The notes beneath the pieces are model-generated. The model made no database searches and had not been told where the DNA came from. It saw only the letters and a program-made list of their open reading frames with translations. Below are positions 19,129 through 28,536 of a DNA stretch of 64,000 bases, in pieces. How positions within the stretch are numbered: position 1 is the first letter of the stretch; the number at the start of each line of letters is the position of its first letter. Where the stretch lies: IMG/VR virus record IMGVR_UViG_3300010051_000002, positions 1 through 64,000 of that record; one strand, given 5' to 3'. This DNA comes from an uncultured virus (IMG/VR IMGVR_UViG_3300010051_000002) (Duplodnaviria; Heunggongvirae; Uroviricota; Caudoviricetes). Both the position numbers and the translations under genes were made by a program.

Positions 19129-19254
19129 GTGGTGGAAATACGTGCTTGTGAAAAGAAAGGCTGTGGTGTATTGTTTCCAGTATATCAAGATACCAACTAT
19201 GATGAAAAATATTGTGTTAAACATAGGGGTAGGAGTTTAGAAAACCATGAGTGA
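19129..19254 (+). CDS. Small putative zinc-finger protein (41 aa)
   Basis: Read by eye from GTG: VVEIRACEKKGCGVLF...YCVKH; fills the gap between 19124 and 19247. Confidence 0.4.
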   Translation: MVEIRACEKKGCGVLFPVYQDTNYDEKYCVKHRGRSLENHE

Positions 19255-19882
19255 TATTAAATTTAAATTCTCAAATGAGAAACAGAGAAAAATAAATCGT
19301 GGTGGAACAGTAGATCCGATTGAAGATAACATTAGAAGAATGGGCAGGCATTACAGACATTTCAGGGTTAACCTAACCAAAGCAGATATTAGAAAAGTAA
19401 GATACCCTGAAGGAATAGAATATGCAACCTACCCATTGCGTGATGAACATAATGAATACATACTTCCACATGATCCAAGATATTTTAAAATAAAACCAAT
19501 TAACATGACACTCTTTTGTAGCGAAAACCATCCATACATTTTATCAAGATTCAGTGCATGGGAATTAGATAATTTTCTTACAAGCATATTTGGTAAATAC
19601 ATAGTACGTGAAAATATTACTGTAAAAGAAGAGCCAGGTATCAAAGATTTATTGTTTACACATTCAGGATTAATAGAAGAAGCAGATCTTACAGTAAATC
19701 CACATGCGGTTAAACATGCTTTTAATGTTAGACCAATTGCACTATATGAGCAAGATATTGAAGAAATGAATCGTAAGCTTGAGATAATGGGCTATAAGGT
19801 TAAAAAAGAAAATGCAATTATGACAAGTCAAAAAACAATCAATTCCCCAAAGAAATTTTATTTTGAAGGAGCTGATTTTTAA
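19247..19882 (+). CDS. Hypothetical protein (211 aa)
   Basis: ORF track; operon-like spacing. Confidence 0.6.
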   Translation: MSDIKFKFSNEKQRKINRGGTVDPIEDNIRRMGRHYRHFRVNLTKADIRKVRYPEGIEYATYPLRDEHNEYILPHDPRYFKIKPINMTLFCSENHPYILSRFSAWELDNFLTSIFGKYIVRENITVKEEPGIKDLLFTHSGLIEEADLTVNPHAVKHAFNVRPIALYEQDIEEMNRKLEIMGYKVKKENAIMTSQKTINSPKKFYFEGADF

Positions 19883-19888
19883 TACCAT

Positions 19889-21409
19889 ATGCCAGTTACC
19901 GTTAAAGAAAAACTTGTATTTGTAGCACAGAAGCATATTAGAATACGACAGTCAGGCAATCCTGTTAATGGATTGGGTGATGTAATGAATGTTGCAGAAA
20001 TTGCTGAAACAGATTTACATAATATATTTCCTGCTGCAACTGATTCCGAAGCTCTTAACGGTATAACTGATTATCAATGTGTTTACATCTATAATTCACA
20101 TCCATCAGTAACGGTAAAAGGAATTATCATGTATTCAGATAATACTACTTATTCAGGTGATCATATCAAGTTTGGTTTAGATCCTGCTGGGGTAGGTGAT
20201 GGTTTAACCTTTGGAGTAGCACAAACGATTGCAAATAAAACAACAACTCCAACAGGTGTATTTTTTAAAGATGGTAGGAATAGAACGGATGAAGATGCTC
20301 TTATTTTACCAGATATTCCACCGTTAAAGGCAGTTGCAATATGGCATGAAAGAAGAATACAACCAAGAGCTCAGAGTGTAGAAGATAATAAAATGCGTGT
20401 TGTTTTAGATACATCCAATATTGTAGGTGATTACGGTATTGTATCAAAACCAGGAACATCTACAACAGCGGTTACGGGTCAAACTGAAACAACAATTGAT
20501 TTAACAAATCTTATAAATTTAATTTCACTTGAGCATTGGCTTGATAATATTTTCTTTTTAGGTAATACAACTTCAGGTGATGATAGTACCCAGTGGATTA
20601 GAAACATGGGTACATTTTTGCTTAAAGATATTATGAAAATGGTATTTGGTTATCTTGATGTAATGAGTCATGCAAAAAGAAATCAATTAGTTAACGGAGT
20701 AGATCCAAAAGCTTATGCAGGTTATCAAAGTTACAATAAAAAGAATGTTAACTATACGATTTTAGACACATCAGGATTTCAGAAATATACCAATCCTTCT
20801 ACACAATACAACAAGATAGCACAGTATCTTGAAAATGCAAACAAAAACCCAAACATTGATTTTATAGTTGTAATGATGGGTACAACTCCATATGCTTCAT
20901 TACCCGATAATGATACAAATCCAAAAGTTAGAATAGATACGGATTTAAGAAAAACATACCATGAACTTTTTACCAAATGGGGGGTTCACCTAGTAATAGG
21001 AAGTGGTATTAACAATTATCAACGCCACCATGTATTAGGGTTTAATGCTGCTGCTCCTGATTCACCAAACCAACTTTTAACTACTCAAGCTCCAAATTAT
21101 GTAATACCAGTAGGTGAAAAGAATTTTAAAGTTGGCAGTCTTTACCTCAATGTTGGATCGGCAGTAGCAAAACCAATTCATAATGTACCAACTCCAAAAC
21201 CATATTCTGTTTTTACATATGTTCCTAAAGGTGTAGGTTATCTCAAATTATTTACAACACAAAGAACAAGCACAGCAGAACCAATACTAGAAGGAAGATA
21301 TTTTGATTATTATGCAGATCCACCAGAACAAGGGAGTGTAAACCCAAAGAAAACTGTGCATCTTGTAGATAGGTTTACGATTACATTTGAGGCTGAAGAA
21401 GAAACTTAA
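19889..21409 (+). CDS. Virion-type N-terminal domain fused to a degenerate purple acid phosphatase/metallophosphoesterase domain
   Basis: N-term 'LHNIFPAATDSEALNGITDYQCVYIYN' resembles phage structural proteins; C-term 'YTILDT...QY...FIVVM..TPY...YHELFTKWGVHLVIGSGINNYQR' follows the PAP fold without the metal ligands. Confidence 0.6.
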   Translation: MPVTVKEKLVFVAQKHIRIRQSGNPVNGLGDVMNVAEIAETDLHNIFPAATDSEALNGITDYQCVYIYNSHPSVTVKGIIMYSDNTTYSGDHIKFGLDPAGVGDGLTFGVAQTIANKTTTPTGVFFKDGRNRTDEDALILPDIPPLKAVAIWHERRIQPRAQSVEDNKMRVVLDTSNIVGDYGIVSKPGTSTTAVTGQTETTIDLTNLINLISLEHWLDNIFFLGNTTSGDDSTQWIRNMGTFLLKDIMKMVFGYLDVMSHAKRNQLVNGVDPKAYAGYQSYNKKNVNYTILDTSGFQKYTNPSTQYNKIAQYLENANKNPNIDFIVVMMGTTPYASLPDNDTNPKVRIDTDLRKTYHELFTKWGVHLVIGSGINNYQRHHVLGFNAAAPDSPNQLLTTQAPNYVIPVGEKNFKVGSLYLNVGSAVAKPIHNVPTPKPYSVFTYVPKGVGYLKLFTTQRTSTAEPILEGRYFDYYADPPEQGSVNPKKTVHLVDRFTITFEAEEET

Positions 21410-21411
21410 TA

Positions 21412-21443
21412 GTTTGAACAGTTCAAACAAAATTTGAACTGTT
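21412..21443. repeat. Overlapping inverted repeats upstream of mcm (candidate origin/operator/terminator)
   Basis: GTTTGAAC-A-GTTCAAAC (21412-21428) overlaps AACAGTTCAAA-CAAAA-TTTGAACTGTT (21417-21443). Confidence 0.7.
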
Positions 21444-21490
21444 ATCTTTATTTAATCTAATCGTTAATATTCTCAAATATTTACAAAATC

Positions 21491-21502
21491 AAAACTTATA
21501 TA
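21491..21502 (+). promoter_or_regulatory. Archaeal-type BRE/TATA promoter of mcm (likely leaderless transcript)
   Basis: AAAA-CTTATATA ending 24 nt before ATG 21526. Confidence 0.55.
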
Positions 21503-21525
21503 CAGATCATATAGTGTGATTTAGA

Positions 21526-23733
21526 ATGACCGTACCAAAGAAAAATGAGGATGAAGAAGAGGAAGAGATCGAAATTCCTATAAATAATACCGATAGTACA
21601 ACAGATCAGTTTAAAACAGATTTTGAATTAAAAATTGATGAAGCAAAGGAAGCAGAAACTACCGAAGAAATGGAATATGAAATTATTGCAGGTTACAAGC
21701 AGGACAGGGTAAATGAAGATATTGAATCCTTTATTGGAATTGAAAAGTATTCACTGCAAATTGCTGAAATTGTGGCACAGCAGCGGAGTAGTTTGATAGT
21801 CGATTTTAATGATATTTTTAATTACGGACATTCTATGTATGATAAACTAACAGAAAACCCCAAGATTTTTTTAAAATTCTTTCAGGAAGTTTTATACGAA
21901 TTAGATAATAAAAACGGATGGGGTTATTTTTCACCAGATAAATTTTTTGCAATCAGAATATCTAATTATGTTAACAATAAAGATATAGCAAAAATTCGAG
22001 TTGGTCTAAACAACCAGTTCATAACATTCAGGGGTATAGTTCAACGACAATCAGAGATCAGACCTTACGTATTGAAATTTTACATGAGATGTCCAAAATG
22101 TAAACTGGGCAGGTATACCGTTTACCCCGAAGCAGAATGTATGAGGTGTGATAATAATCCAAGAATGATACCAATAAAAGATAAACATGTTTATACCGAT
22201 TCTGTTATGATAAAGGTTCAGGAACTAAATGAAGATTTACGTGGAGCATTACCAAGAGCTGTTGATTGTGTGGTTGTAGGTGATCTTGTTGATGATATAA
22301 AGGCAGGTGGTAAATTAACCATTACTGGATTTGTAGAACTGAGGGAAATTAAAAGTGCTATGAGTAAATTTTTGAAATTCTTTGTACTGGTTAATGTGAA
22401 TAATGTACAGCCTATTGCTACAAATGATCTTAAACTGGAATTGGAAGAAACTAAAATTACAAAAGAAGATGAAAAAGAAATTCTTGAATTTAAGAAAAAA
22501 CCACAGCAGGAACGATTGGACATTTTACAGGCTTCCTATGCTCCTGCTATCTTTGGGCATTTTGATGTAAAATTAGTGTTACTGTTAGCTCTAATTGGTG
22601 CAGGTAGAATTATTGTAGAAGGTGTATTAATTCGTGATAGAATACACGTTCTATTAATTGGTGATCCGAGTATTTCCAAAACCCAGCTTTTAAAATTTGG
22701 TGAGCTCATAACAATAGGATCATGGTATGCTTCTGGTAGTGGTACAAGTGCAACTGGTTTAACAGCAGCAGCAATTAAAGAAAGTGATGGAACGTATGCA
22801 CTTCAACCTGGGTATTTGATATTTGCCAACGGATCAGTTCTATGGTTTGATGAAGCTGATAAGGTTAAACCTGATGTTTTAAGCCATCTACATCAATCAA
22901 TGGAAGATGGTTTAGTATCACTTGCAAAGGGTGGACAGATTGCTACTTTAAACGCTAACACTACAATAGTAGCTGCAATGAATCCAAAGAATTCTAGATA
23001 CGCTTTAGATTTACCTGTTAAAGATAATATTGATGATGAAATACCCGATTCATTTCTAACAAGATTTGGTTTTATTTTTATCATGCTTGATAAGGTGGAT
23101 GAAAAACTAGATAGAAAAGTATCAAAACATATTGATTCGATCATAATTGATAGGGTGGTACCGAATTACGGAGTTGATATTATGAATACCGTTCAGCTCA
23201 GAAAATATCTAGAATATGTTCATATCAAAGATATTGATCCAGATTTTACAAGAGAAGCAAGAGATAAACTAGAAGATTACTATATTGAAAAGAGAAATAA
23301 AAGTACCCCTGATACGCTAGCCATAACCGCAAGAATGAAACAAGATATGCTTAGATCTTGCAGGGCATTAGCAAGACTATTACTAGATAGAACGGTTGAT
23401 CTTTTTCATGTTGATATAATTATTGGACTTATGGATCGTATGTTTGAAACAGTGCTAAAGGATGAAGATGGTAATTATAACGTGCAGCAGATAGTGGGTA
23501 AAACCGCAGGGAAACTAAAAGGTGCAAAACTCTTGCATGATATATGTTATCAAATGGTTGTAAAGGAAGGTACCCCTATCAACCGAATACCTAAAACTAA
23601 ACTGCTGAATATACTGGTTGAAGTGTATCATAATACTGAAAAGAAAGCAGCAGAGATGATTGAAAACGCAATCTTTGAAGGCATACTTAGAACAGCAGGT
23701 GAAAATAGACTGGAATACCTGCATAACTTTTAG
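21526..23733 (+). CDS. mcm: MCM replicative helicase
   Basis: Zn finger CPKC...CMRC, 'YTDSVMIKVQE', Walker A GDPSISKT, 'GLTAA', Walker B WFDEADK, 'AAMNP', Arg finger LTRFG, sensor 'ITAR'. Confidence 0.97.
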   Translation: MTVPKKNEDEEEEEIEIPINNTDSTTDQFKTDFELKIDEAKEAETTEEMEYEIIAGYKQDRVNEDIESFIGIEKYSLQIAEIVAQQRSSLIVDFNDIFNYGHSMYDKLTENPKIFLKFFQEVLYELDNKNGWGYFSPDKFFAIRISNYVNNKDIAKIRVGLNNQFITFRGIVQRQSEIRPYVLKFYMRCPKCKLGRYTVYPEAECMRCDNNPRMIPIKDKHVYTDSVMIKVQELNEDLRGALPRAVDCVVVGDLVDDIKAGGKLTITGFVELREIKSAMSKFLKFFVLVNVNNVQPIATNDLKLELEETKITKEDEKEILEFKKKPQQERLDILQASYAPAIFGHFDVKLVLLLALIGAGRIIVEGVLIRDRIHVLLIGDPSISKTQLLKFGELITIGSWYASGSGTSATGLTAAAIKESDGTYALQPGYLIFANGSVLWFDEADKVKPDVLSHLHQSMEDGLVSLAKGGQIATLNANTTIVAAMNPKNSRYALDLPVKDNIDDEIPDSFLTRFGFIFIMLDKVDEKLDRKVSKHIDSIIIDRVVPNYGVDIMNTVQLRKYLEYVHIKDIDPDFTREARDKLEDYYIEKRNKSTPDTLAITARMKQDMLRSCRALARLLLDRTVDLFHVDIIIGLMDRMFETVLKDEDGNYNVQQIVGKTAGKLKGAKLLHDICYQMVVKEGTPINRIPKTKLLNILVEVYHNTEKKAAEMIENAIFEGILRTAGENRLEYLHNF

Positions 23734-23734
23734 G

Positions 23735-24286
23735 GTGAATATATTGAAAGATAAAATTGATGGATTGATTAAAGTGGCATGTTATCTTTACAATACCAAA
23801 TCAGTAACAATAACCCTTAAAGATCATCTAATGTTAAAAGATAAGTATTATGTAGAGGATGAAAGCGTACGCGTTCCATTCTGGTATGCCAAACTTTTGT
23901 ATAGAAGGGGAATAACACAACCGATCAGGGAATTGATTCAATATGAAAAAAGATTTTTACGTGCTATTGCAGATCAGAAAATAAATAGATCACAATTAAT
24001 TACAGTTGATCAGGATTTTTATTTTGAATTTTTTGATTATTTCAAACATATATTGAAAAAAGAAAATGATAGGCATGAGAAATTGAAAAAACTTAAAGAG
24101 TTCAAAAACCAAAGAGCTTCTATTATTATGAATTTATTACGGATGGAAAAACCCGATATGAAGCAAATAATGAATATGACATTTGAAGAATCAATTTTTT
24201 ATGTTAACACAATTAAAAACAAAAATCAACCGTATTTATTTTTTAATAAATTAACCCAAGAAGGAGGTGATAATGTAGTTGAGTAA
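23735..24286 (+). CDS. gins: GINS-like protein (B domain then helical A domain, Gins23-type order)
   Basis: 'VPFWYAKLLYRRG' B-domain motif, 'DQDFY', 'MTFEESIFY'; directly after mcm; in-frame GTG at 23735 preferred over tracked 23660. Confidence 0.75.
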   Translation: MNILKDKIDGLIKVACYLYNTKSVTITLKDHLMLKDKYYVEDESVRVPFWYAKLLYRRGITQPIRELIQYEKRFLRAIADQKINRSQLITVDQDFYFEFFDYFKHILKKENDRHEKLKKLKEFKNQRASIIMNLLRMEKPDMKQIMNMTFEESIFYVNTIKNKNQPYLFFNKLTQEGGDNVVE

Positions 24287-24719
24287 TAGTAAATATGATT
24301 TTCATGGATTAGATAATCACGATCAAGAAGAAGAAGAAAGAGGTGGTGAAATAAACTATGATCAGGAACAGAATTTTACCAGAGAAAAGGAAGTACTAGA
24401 AGATAAAACAACTGTTAAAACCACAGTTGTAAGTATGGGAGGAAGTGACATAGCAAGAGGTGAAGAGTTACCTGAAGAATTGGCAGCAAGGCTTATCAAA
24501 CCACCACAAACACAAGATGTTTCTATTTTTTCCTGTTATCAATGCAATATTGCGAATGTGAAATTATTGCCAATAATAACCGAAGAGCAGAAACGAGCCT
24601 ATTCTTGTTTTAGATGTATATCTAATGATATTTTAGATATTCATTTTGAAGAATTTCTTAATGGAAATGATACTTACATTGGTGTATTTCATAATTATTT
24701 AGACAAGCAAAAAGCTTAA
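24279..24719 (+). CDS. Hypothetical protein, acidic N-terminus and CxxC...CxxC zinc finger
   Basis: CYQC and CFRC motifs. Confidence 0.6.
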   Translation: MSNSKYDFHGLDNHDQEEEERGGEINYDQEQNFTREKEVLEDKTTVKTTVVSMGGSDIARGEELPEELAARLIKPPQTQDVSIFSCYQCNIANVKLLPIITEEQKRAYSCFRCISNDILDIHFEEFLNGNDTYIGVFHNYLDKQKA

Positions 24720-24756
24720 CCTTTTTTATTATACCATTTCGTTTTTATTATTATTA

Positions 24757-25605
24757 ATGGCAACAAAGCTGAAAAAAGTAATTAATCCTTTAGAAACAAG
24801 TGAAGAGCTTGTAGGTGCTGAATTTACAAATCAGTTAGTAGATTTATTACATGGAGTTTCTCTTGATGTTGATGAAAATGATTTAGCAGTTAATACTATA
24901 ATTCGATTCTGGAAAAATAAACTTGCGTTATTTGATATTAATCAAACTCATTTATTTTTATTTTCAACGGAAGAAATCAGTGATGAAGTAAATAAAACGA
25001 TCTTGTGGCGTGATATTACAGAAGGTAATACCGATTCACCAGTTTATGAAGTTGAACCTCAAATTCTTTTAAACAAAACATTAGGTGTTGATGGAATAGG
25101 CGGTACAAATTTAGGTGAAGATTTGGATGCTTTAGGGTTTACGGTTAACAATCTAGGTAAGTTAATGATGCATGATATGGGTGATCGAAACATCAACGTT
25201 TTGTATGCAAACGGTACAAATCCTAATACAGTATGGGATTTTATCAAAGGGTATAACACAGAAACATACGCTGCATTAAATTCTGCAACAGATATTAAAG
25301 TTAGATTTGGGTGGCAATCTGAAATAGATGTTTACGAATGGTGGAGTGAAACAACAGGATCAAATATTAAATTATTATCACTAGCTCCCACATTAGCAGA
25401 GTTTAACGTTACTGCCATAGATTTTAAAGATGCAACAATAAATAATTTCCAACAAAAACAAATTGAATTTTTGGATGTAACAAGCGAACCAGTTGGCACT
25501 TCAACAGTGGACTTTTTTTATAGAGAAGATATAGATGCAAATAATCACAGGGGTTATATTTCAAAGTTTGAAAACGGTGTACCGGTAAGGATCAGGGTTT
25601 ACTAA
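24757..25605 (+). CDS. Putative tail fibre/structural protein
   Basis: 'QILLNKTL' fibre-shaft-like motif shared with the next two ORFs. Confidence 0.5.
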   Translation: MATKLKKVINPLETSEELVGAEFTNQLVDLLHGVSLDVDENDLAVNTIIRFWKNKLALFDINQTHLFLFSTEEISDEVNKTILWRDITEGNTDSPVYEVEPQILLNKTLGVDGIGGTNLGEDLDALGFTVNNLGKLMMHDMGDRNINVLYANGTNPNTVWDFIKGYNTETYAALNSATDIKVRFGWQSEIDVYEWWSETTGSNIKLLSLAPTLAEFNVTAIDFKDATINNFQQKQIEFLDVTSEPVGTSTVDFFYREDIDANNHRGYISKFENGVPVRIRVY

Positions 25606-26477
25606 TGTCATTAAACACATATGCAGGATTATTAAAGCGTGGCAATGATGCAAGCAAACCAGATCCTACATATTGGTTAATTGGATTTTTATATCATGCT
25701 ATCGATACAGGTAATCTATACTATTATCAGGATTCAACAACTAGGGTACTTTTGCAAGGTGCAGAGAAAGCAGAGATCTTGAAAAATAAATCAATTAATT
25801 TTGCAGAAAATAATGTATCAGGTGTTATTAAAGATCCGTTTACCTCTATGAAACGAGAAGGTATTTTTGTACCTGCTGCAACTCATAATGCATCTTTTCA
25901 ACTTGCATTAAAAGGAGCTCCTTTAATCGGAACGTATACACTTGTTAAAGATGGTGCAGAAGGGTATGTTGGTAAATTTGAAGGTAATACATCAGGTAAA
26001 GCTGGTATTGTTTCAAATCCTACAACAAGTTTTGTAACAAGACGTGGTTATAATCCTAGAATAAAAGCAAGGTTTAAGGTACTTGATCCAGCAACGCAAA
26101 TTACCGTTTTTGGTTTTGCAAGTGCTTTACCTTTTGGTAGCGGTTCTGCTCTTGATAATAGTACCGCTGGTGCAATAATAGCACAAAGTACCGGAAGTGC
26201 TGTATATATAATACGTAATGGAATTGGTGATGGTGTTACTCCTGCTACAAATTTTAATACAACTACGAATAAAGCAACTGGTTATGCAAATTATGAAATT
26301 CAAATGGATGCAACTGAAATTAGATTTTATATAGATGGTGTTTTAGTTAGAACAGTAACTTCAAATTTACCTGCCTTAGATAGAGATATTTACCTTATTT
26401 TAGGACATGAAAGGAGTACCTTTGTACGAGATATTACTTTATCTAAAATGTATTTCAGTGATGATATACTACCATGA
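25605..26477 (+). CDS. Putative tail fibre with C-terminal lectin-like domain
   Basis: 'EILKNKSI' motif; 'YEIQMDATEIRFYIDGVLVRTVTSNLP' concanavalin-like end. Confidence 0.6.
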   Translation: MSLNTYAGLLKRGNDASKPDPTYWLIGFLYHAIDTGNLYYYQDSTTRVLLQGAEKAEILKNKSINFAENNVSGVIKDPFTSMKREGIFVPAATHNASFQLALKGAPLIGTYTLVKDGAEGYVGKFEGNTSGKAGIVSNPTTSFVTRRGYNPRIKARFKVLDPATQITVFGFASALPFGSGSALDNSTAGAIIAQSTGSAVYIIRNGIGDGVTPATNFNTTTNKATGYANYEIQMDATEIRFYIDGVLVRTVTSNLPALDRDIYLILGHERSTFVRDITLSKMYFSDDILP

Positions 26478-27259
26478 AACATTACATAAATAGAAAAACA
26501 GTAGAAAATAACGAACTTCTACCTTCTGCTGCATACTTGCAGGATTGGATCACACATGAGGTTGACACTGGTAATGTCTTTATGAGTAATGGTACAGTAA
26601 TTACAAAAGTACAGGGAGCAGATAAAACTGAAACATTAAAAAATAAACAACTTGAATTATTAGATAATAATTTTACAAACACAAATGGAATTATTGATAA
26701 TTCTTTTCTTTCTGATATGGAAATAAAAGGTGGGGTTGTACCAGCAACTACAATTTCAGATTCATTTTATGGTATTTTAGAAGATAATGCTGTTTTACAA
26801 AATCCAAATAAACCAGTTACAAATGCATTAAATCAAAATTTTGATAGTGTAGTTTTAGAATTTAGAACTGGTGATCCCGATGGAGTAATGGGTTTTGTTT
26901 CTCAGTACCCTTACTTTAGTCGTGAAATGGGTTTTGAAGTAAAATCTATTATTAAATCAGTATCAAGAAAATTGTATTATGGATTTTCAACAAGTAATGT
27001 TTTGGATTTAGATTCTGCATGTGTTTTTATTGGATTCGATCAAGATTCAACTCATTTTACAATTTACTCAAGCAATGGATTAAACAACAGAACAGAAGAA
27101 TTTACAATACCAAAAGATGTTTTTGAACATACAGTAGAAGTTATTTTAAGAACTGATTCAATTATTTGTAAGTTAGATGATGAAGAGATAACGTTAACTA
27201 CAATTAGAATACCTGCAATTACAGATCAATTATATCTTCACTGTTATGGTATAGTCTAA
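26474..27259 (+). CDS. Paralog of 25605 putative tail fibre
   Basis: 'HEVDTGN...VQGADKTETLKNK' matches 'HAIDTGN...LQGAEKAEILKNK'; similar C-terminal domain. Confidence 0.6.
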   Translation: MKHYINRKTVENNELLPSAAYLQDWITHEVDTGNVFMSNGTVITKVQGADKTETLKNKQLELLDNNFTNTNGIIDNSFLSDMEIKGGVVPATTISDSFYGILEDNAVLQNPNKPVTNALNQNFDSVVLEFRTGDPDGVMGFVSQYPYFSREMGFEVKSIIKSVSRKLYYGFSTSNVLDLDSACVFIGFDQDSTHFTIYSSNGLNNRTEEFTIPKDVFEHTVEVILRTDSIICKLDDEEITLTTIRIPAITDQLYLHCYGIV

Positions 27260-27293
27260 ATCACAAATATTTAATAAAGAACAACTTTCTATT

Positions 27294-27566
27294 TTGTTAT
27301 ATATGGCAGCAATAATTGGGAATAATCCCCTTGTGTGCTACTTACACGATAATTTCACAACAGAAGATATTAATGAATGGAATCAACACTGTTTAGAAAC
27401 AGGTCATACAATGAGTGGTGAAACTGCTTGTATTGATTGTGGGGTTAGTTTACGTTTTGAAAATGTACCATTTCAACCAATTACCCCAACTGGTCACAAT
27501 ATAAGATTTAGATGCGACACATGCAAGCAAAAAGAAATAGATAGATTACAAAATGGAGGTATTTAA
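27294..27566 (+). CDS. Small zinc-finger protein
   Basis: CxxH...HC..H plus CIDC...CDTC; start may be ATG 27303. Confidence 0.55.
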   Translation: MLYMAAIIGNNPLVCYLHDNFTTEDINEWNQHCLETGHTMSGETACIDCGVSLRFENVPFQPITPTGHNIRFRCDTCKQKEIDRLQNGGI

Positions 27567-27571
27567 TAAAA

Positions 27572-28120
27572 ATGAGTTTACAAGTAATAGAACAAAGTAA
27601 AATGATGCTGGGTAAACCAGCAATAGGACATGAGCAAGATAGAGCTCATAGTTACTGGTGTGTATCAACATATGATAAGGAAGGTAATTTAAAAAAATTA
27701 TGTGCAGATTTTGATCATAATGTAATACCTTCTGCTTTTATTGATAAACTTCATAAAATGGCGTTTCAAGATATTACAGCATCAGAAAGAGGCTTTGGTA
27801 CAATTGCCCTAACTGCTGATACCACACAAACACTAAACGCATCAGTAACAGCATTAACTGGTGAAATTACAACAAACGGACTTGCAAGAGTCAACGCCAC
27901 AACAAGAACACATACCAACGGTACTAATTCTTCATTGGTGGAACATACCTTTACCCTAACAGGATCACAATCTGATATTACACGTGCAGCATTGTTTAAT
28001 GTTAATACTGCTCCTGTTTCTGGTACTATTGGACCAGTGGCAGCATTTTCTAATGGTGCAACGGGTGCAATGGTAAGCGGTGAAACTGTAAAGGTAAGTA
28101 TAACTATCACAACTTCTTAA
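27572..28120 (+). CDS. Putative tail/baseplate structural protein
   Basis: 'HNVI...IALTAD...TALTGEI...R...HTF...ITRAALFN...SG' resembles phage tail-fibre attachment domains; similar to C-term of 52245. Confidence 0.6.
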   Translation: MSLQVIEQSKMMLGKPAIGHEQDRAHSYWCVSTYDKEGNLKKLCADFDHNVIPSAFIDKLHKMAFQDITASERGFGTIALTADTTQTLNASVTALTGEITTNGLARVNATTRTHTNGTNSSLVEHTFTLTGSQSDITRAALFNVNTAPVSGTIGPVAAFSNGATGAMVSGETVKVSITITTS

Positions 28121-28186
28121 TTTTTTTAAGTAGCACTAAATAAATATTATAATTCTTTAAATATAACAGTTTGTTATTGTAATATA

Positions 28187-28465
28187 ATGAGTAAATCTAA
28201 ATTAGTCATTACAAGTGTTTTACTTGTAGCAATTCTTTCACTAGCAATTAGTGGTATTGTTGCAGTTGAGGATGTAGAAGCAAAAAAGAAAAAGAAAGTA
28301 AAAGGTACAAATGGAGCTAATGGTGCAAATGGAGCTGACGGTACAAGTACTGGAAACGTTAGTGTAAAAGGTACTGATGGTGCTGATGGTCAAAATGGTG
28401 GTACTGGTCAAAATGGTGCTGATGGTGCATCAGGACAGGTTGGTATAAAGATTAATACCAAATAA
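28187..28465 (+). CDS. Small secreted/membrane-anchored protein with collagen-like G-X-Y repeats
   Basis: N-terminal hydrophobic segment, poly-Lys, (GAN/GAD/GQN)n; TTTAAATA at 28156-28163. Confidence 0.7.
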   Translation: MSKSKLVITSVLLVAILSLAISGIVAVEDVEAKKKKKVKGTNGANGANGADGTSTGNVSVKGTDGADGQNGGTGQNGADGASGQVGIKINTK

Positions 28466-28536
28466 TTTATTTTTTCTTTTATTTAAAAACAAATCATTTT
28501 TTAACTTTTAACCCCTAGATTTTTTAGGGCAATATT

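Noticed and set aside
23660..23734. Tracked GINS start overlapping mcm by 74 nt
   Set aside because: The in-frame GTG at 23735, right after the mcm stop, is more parsimonious.
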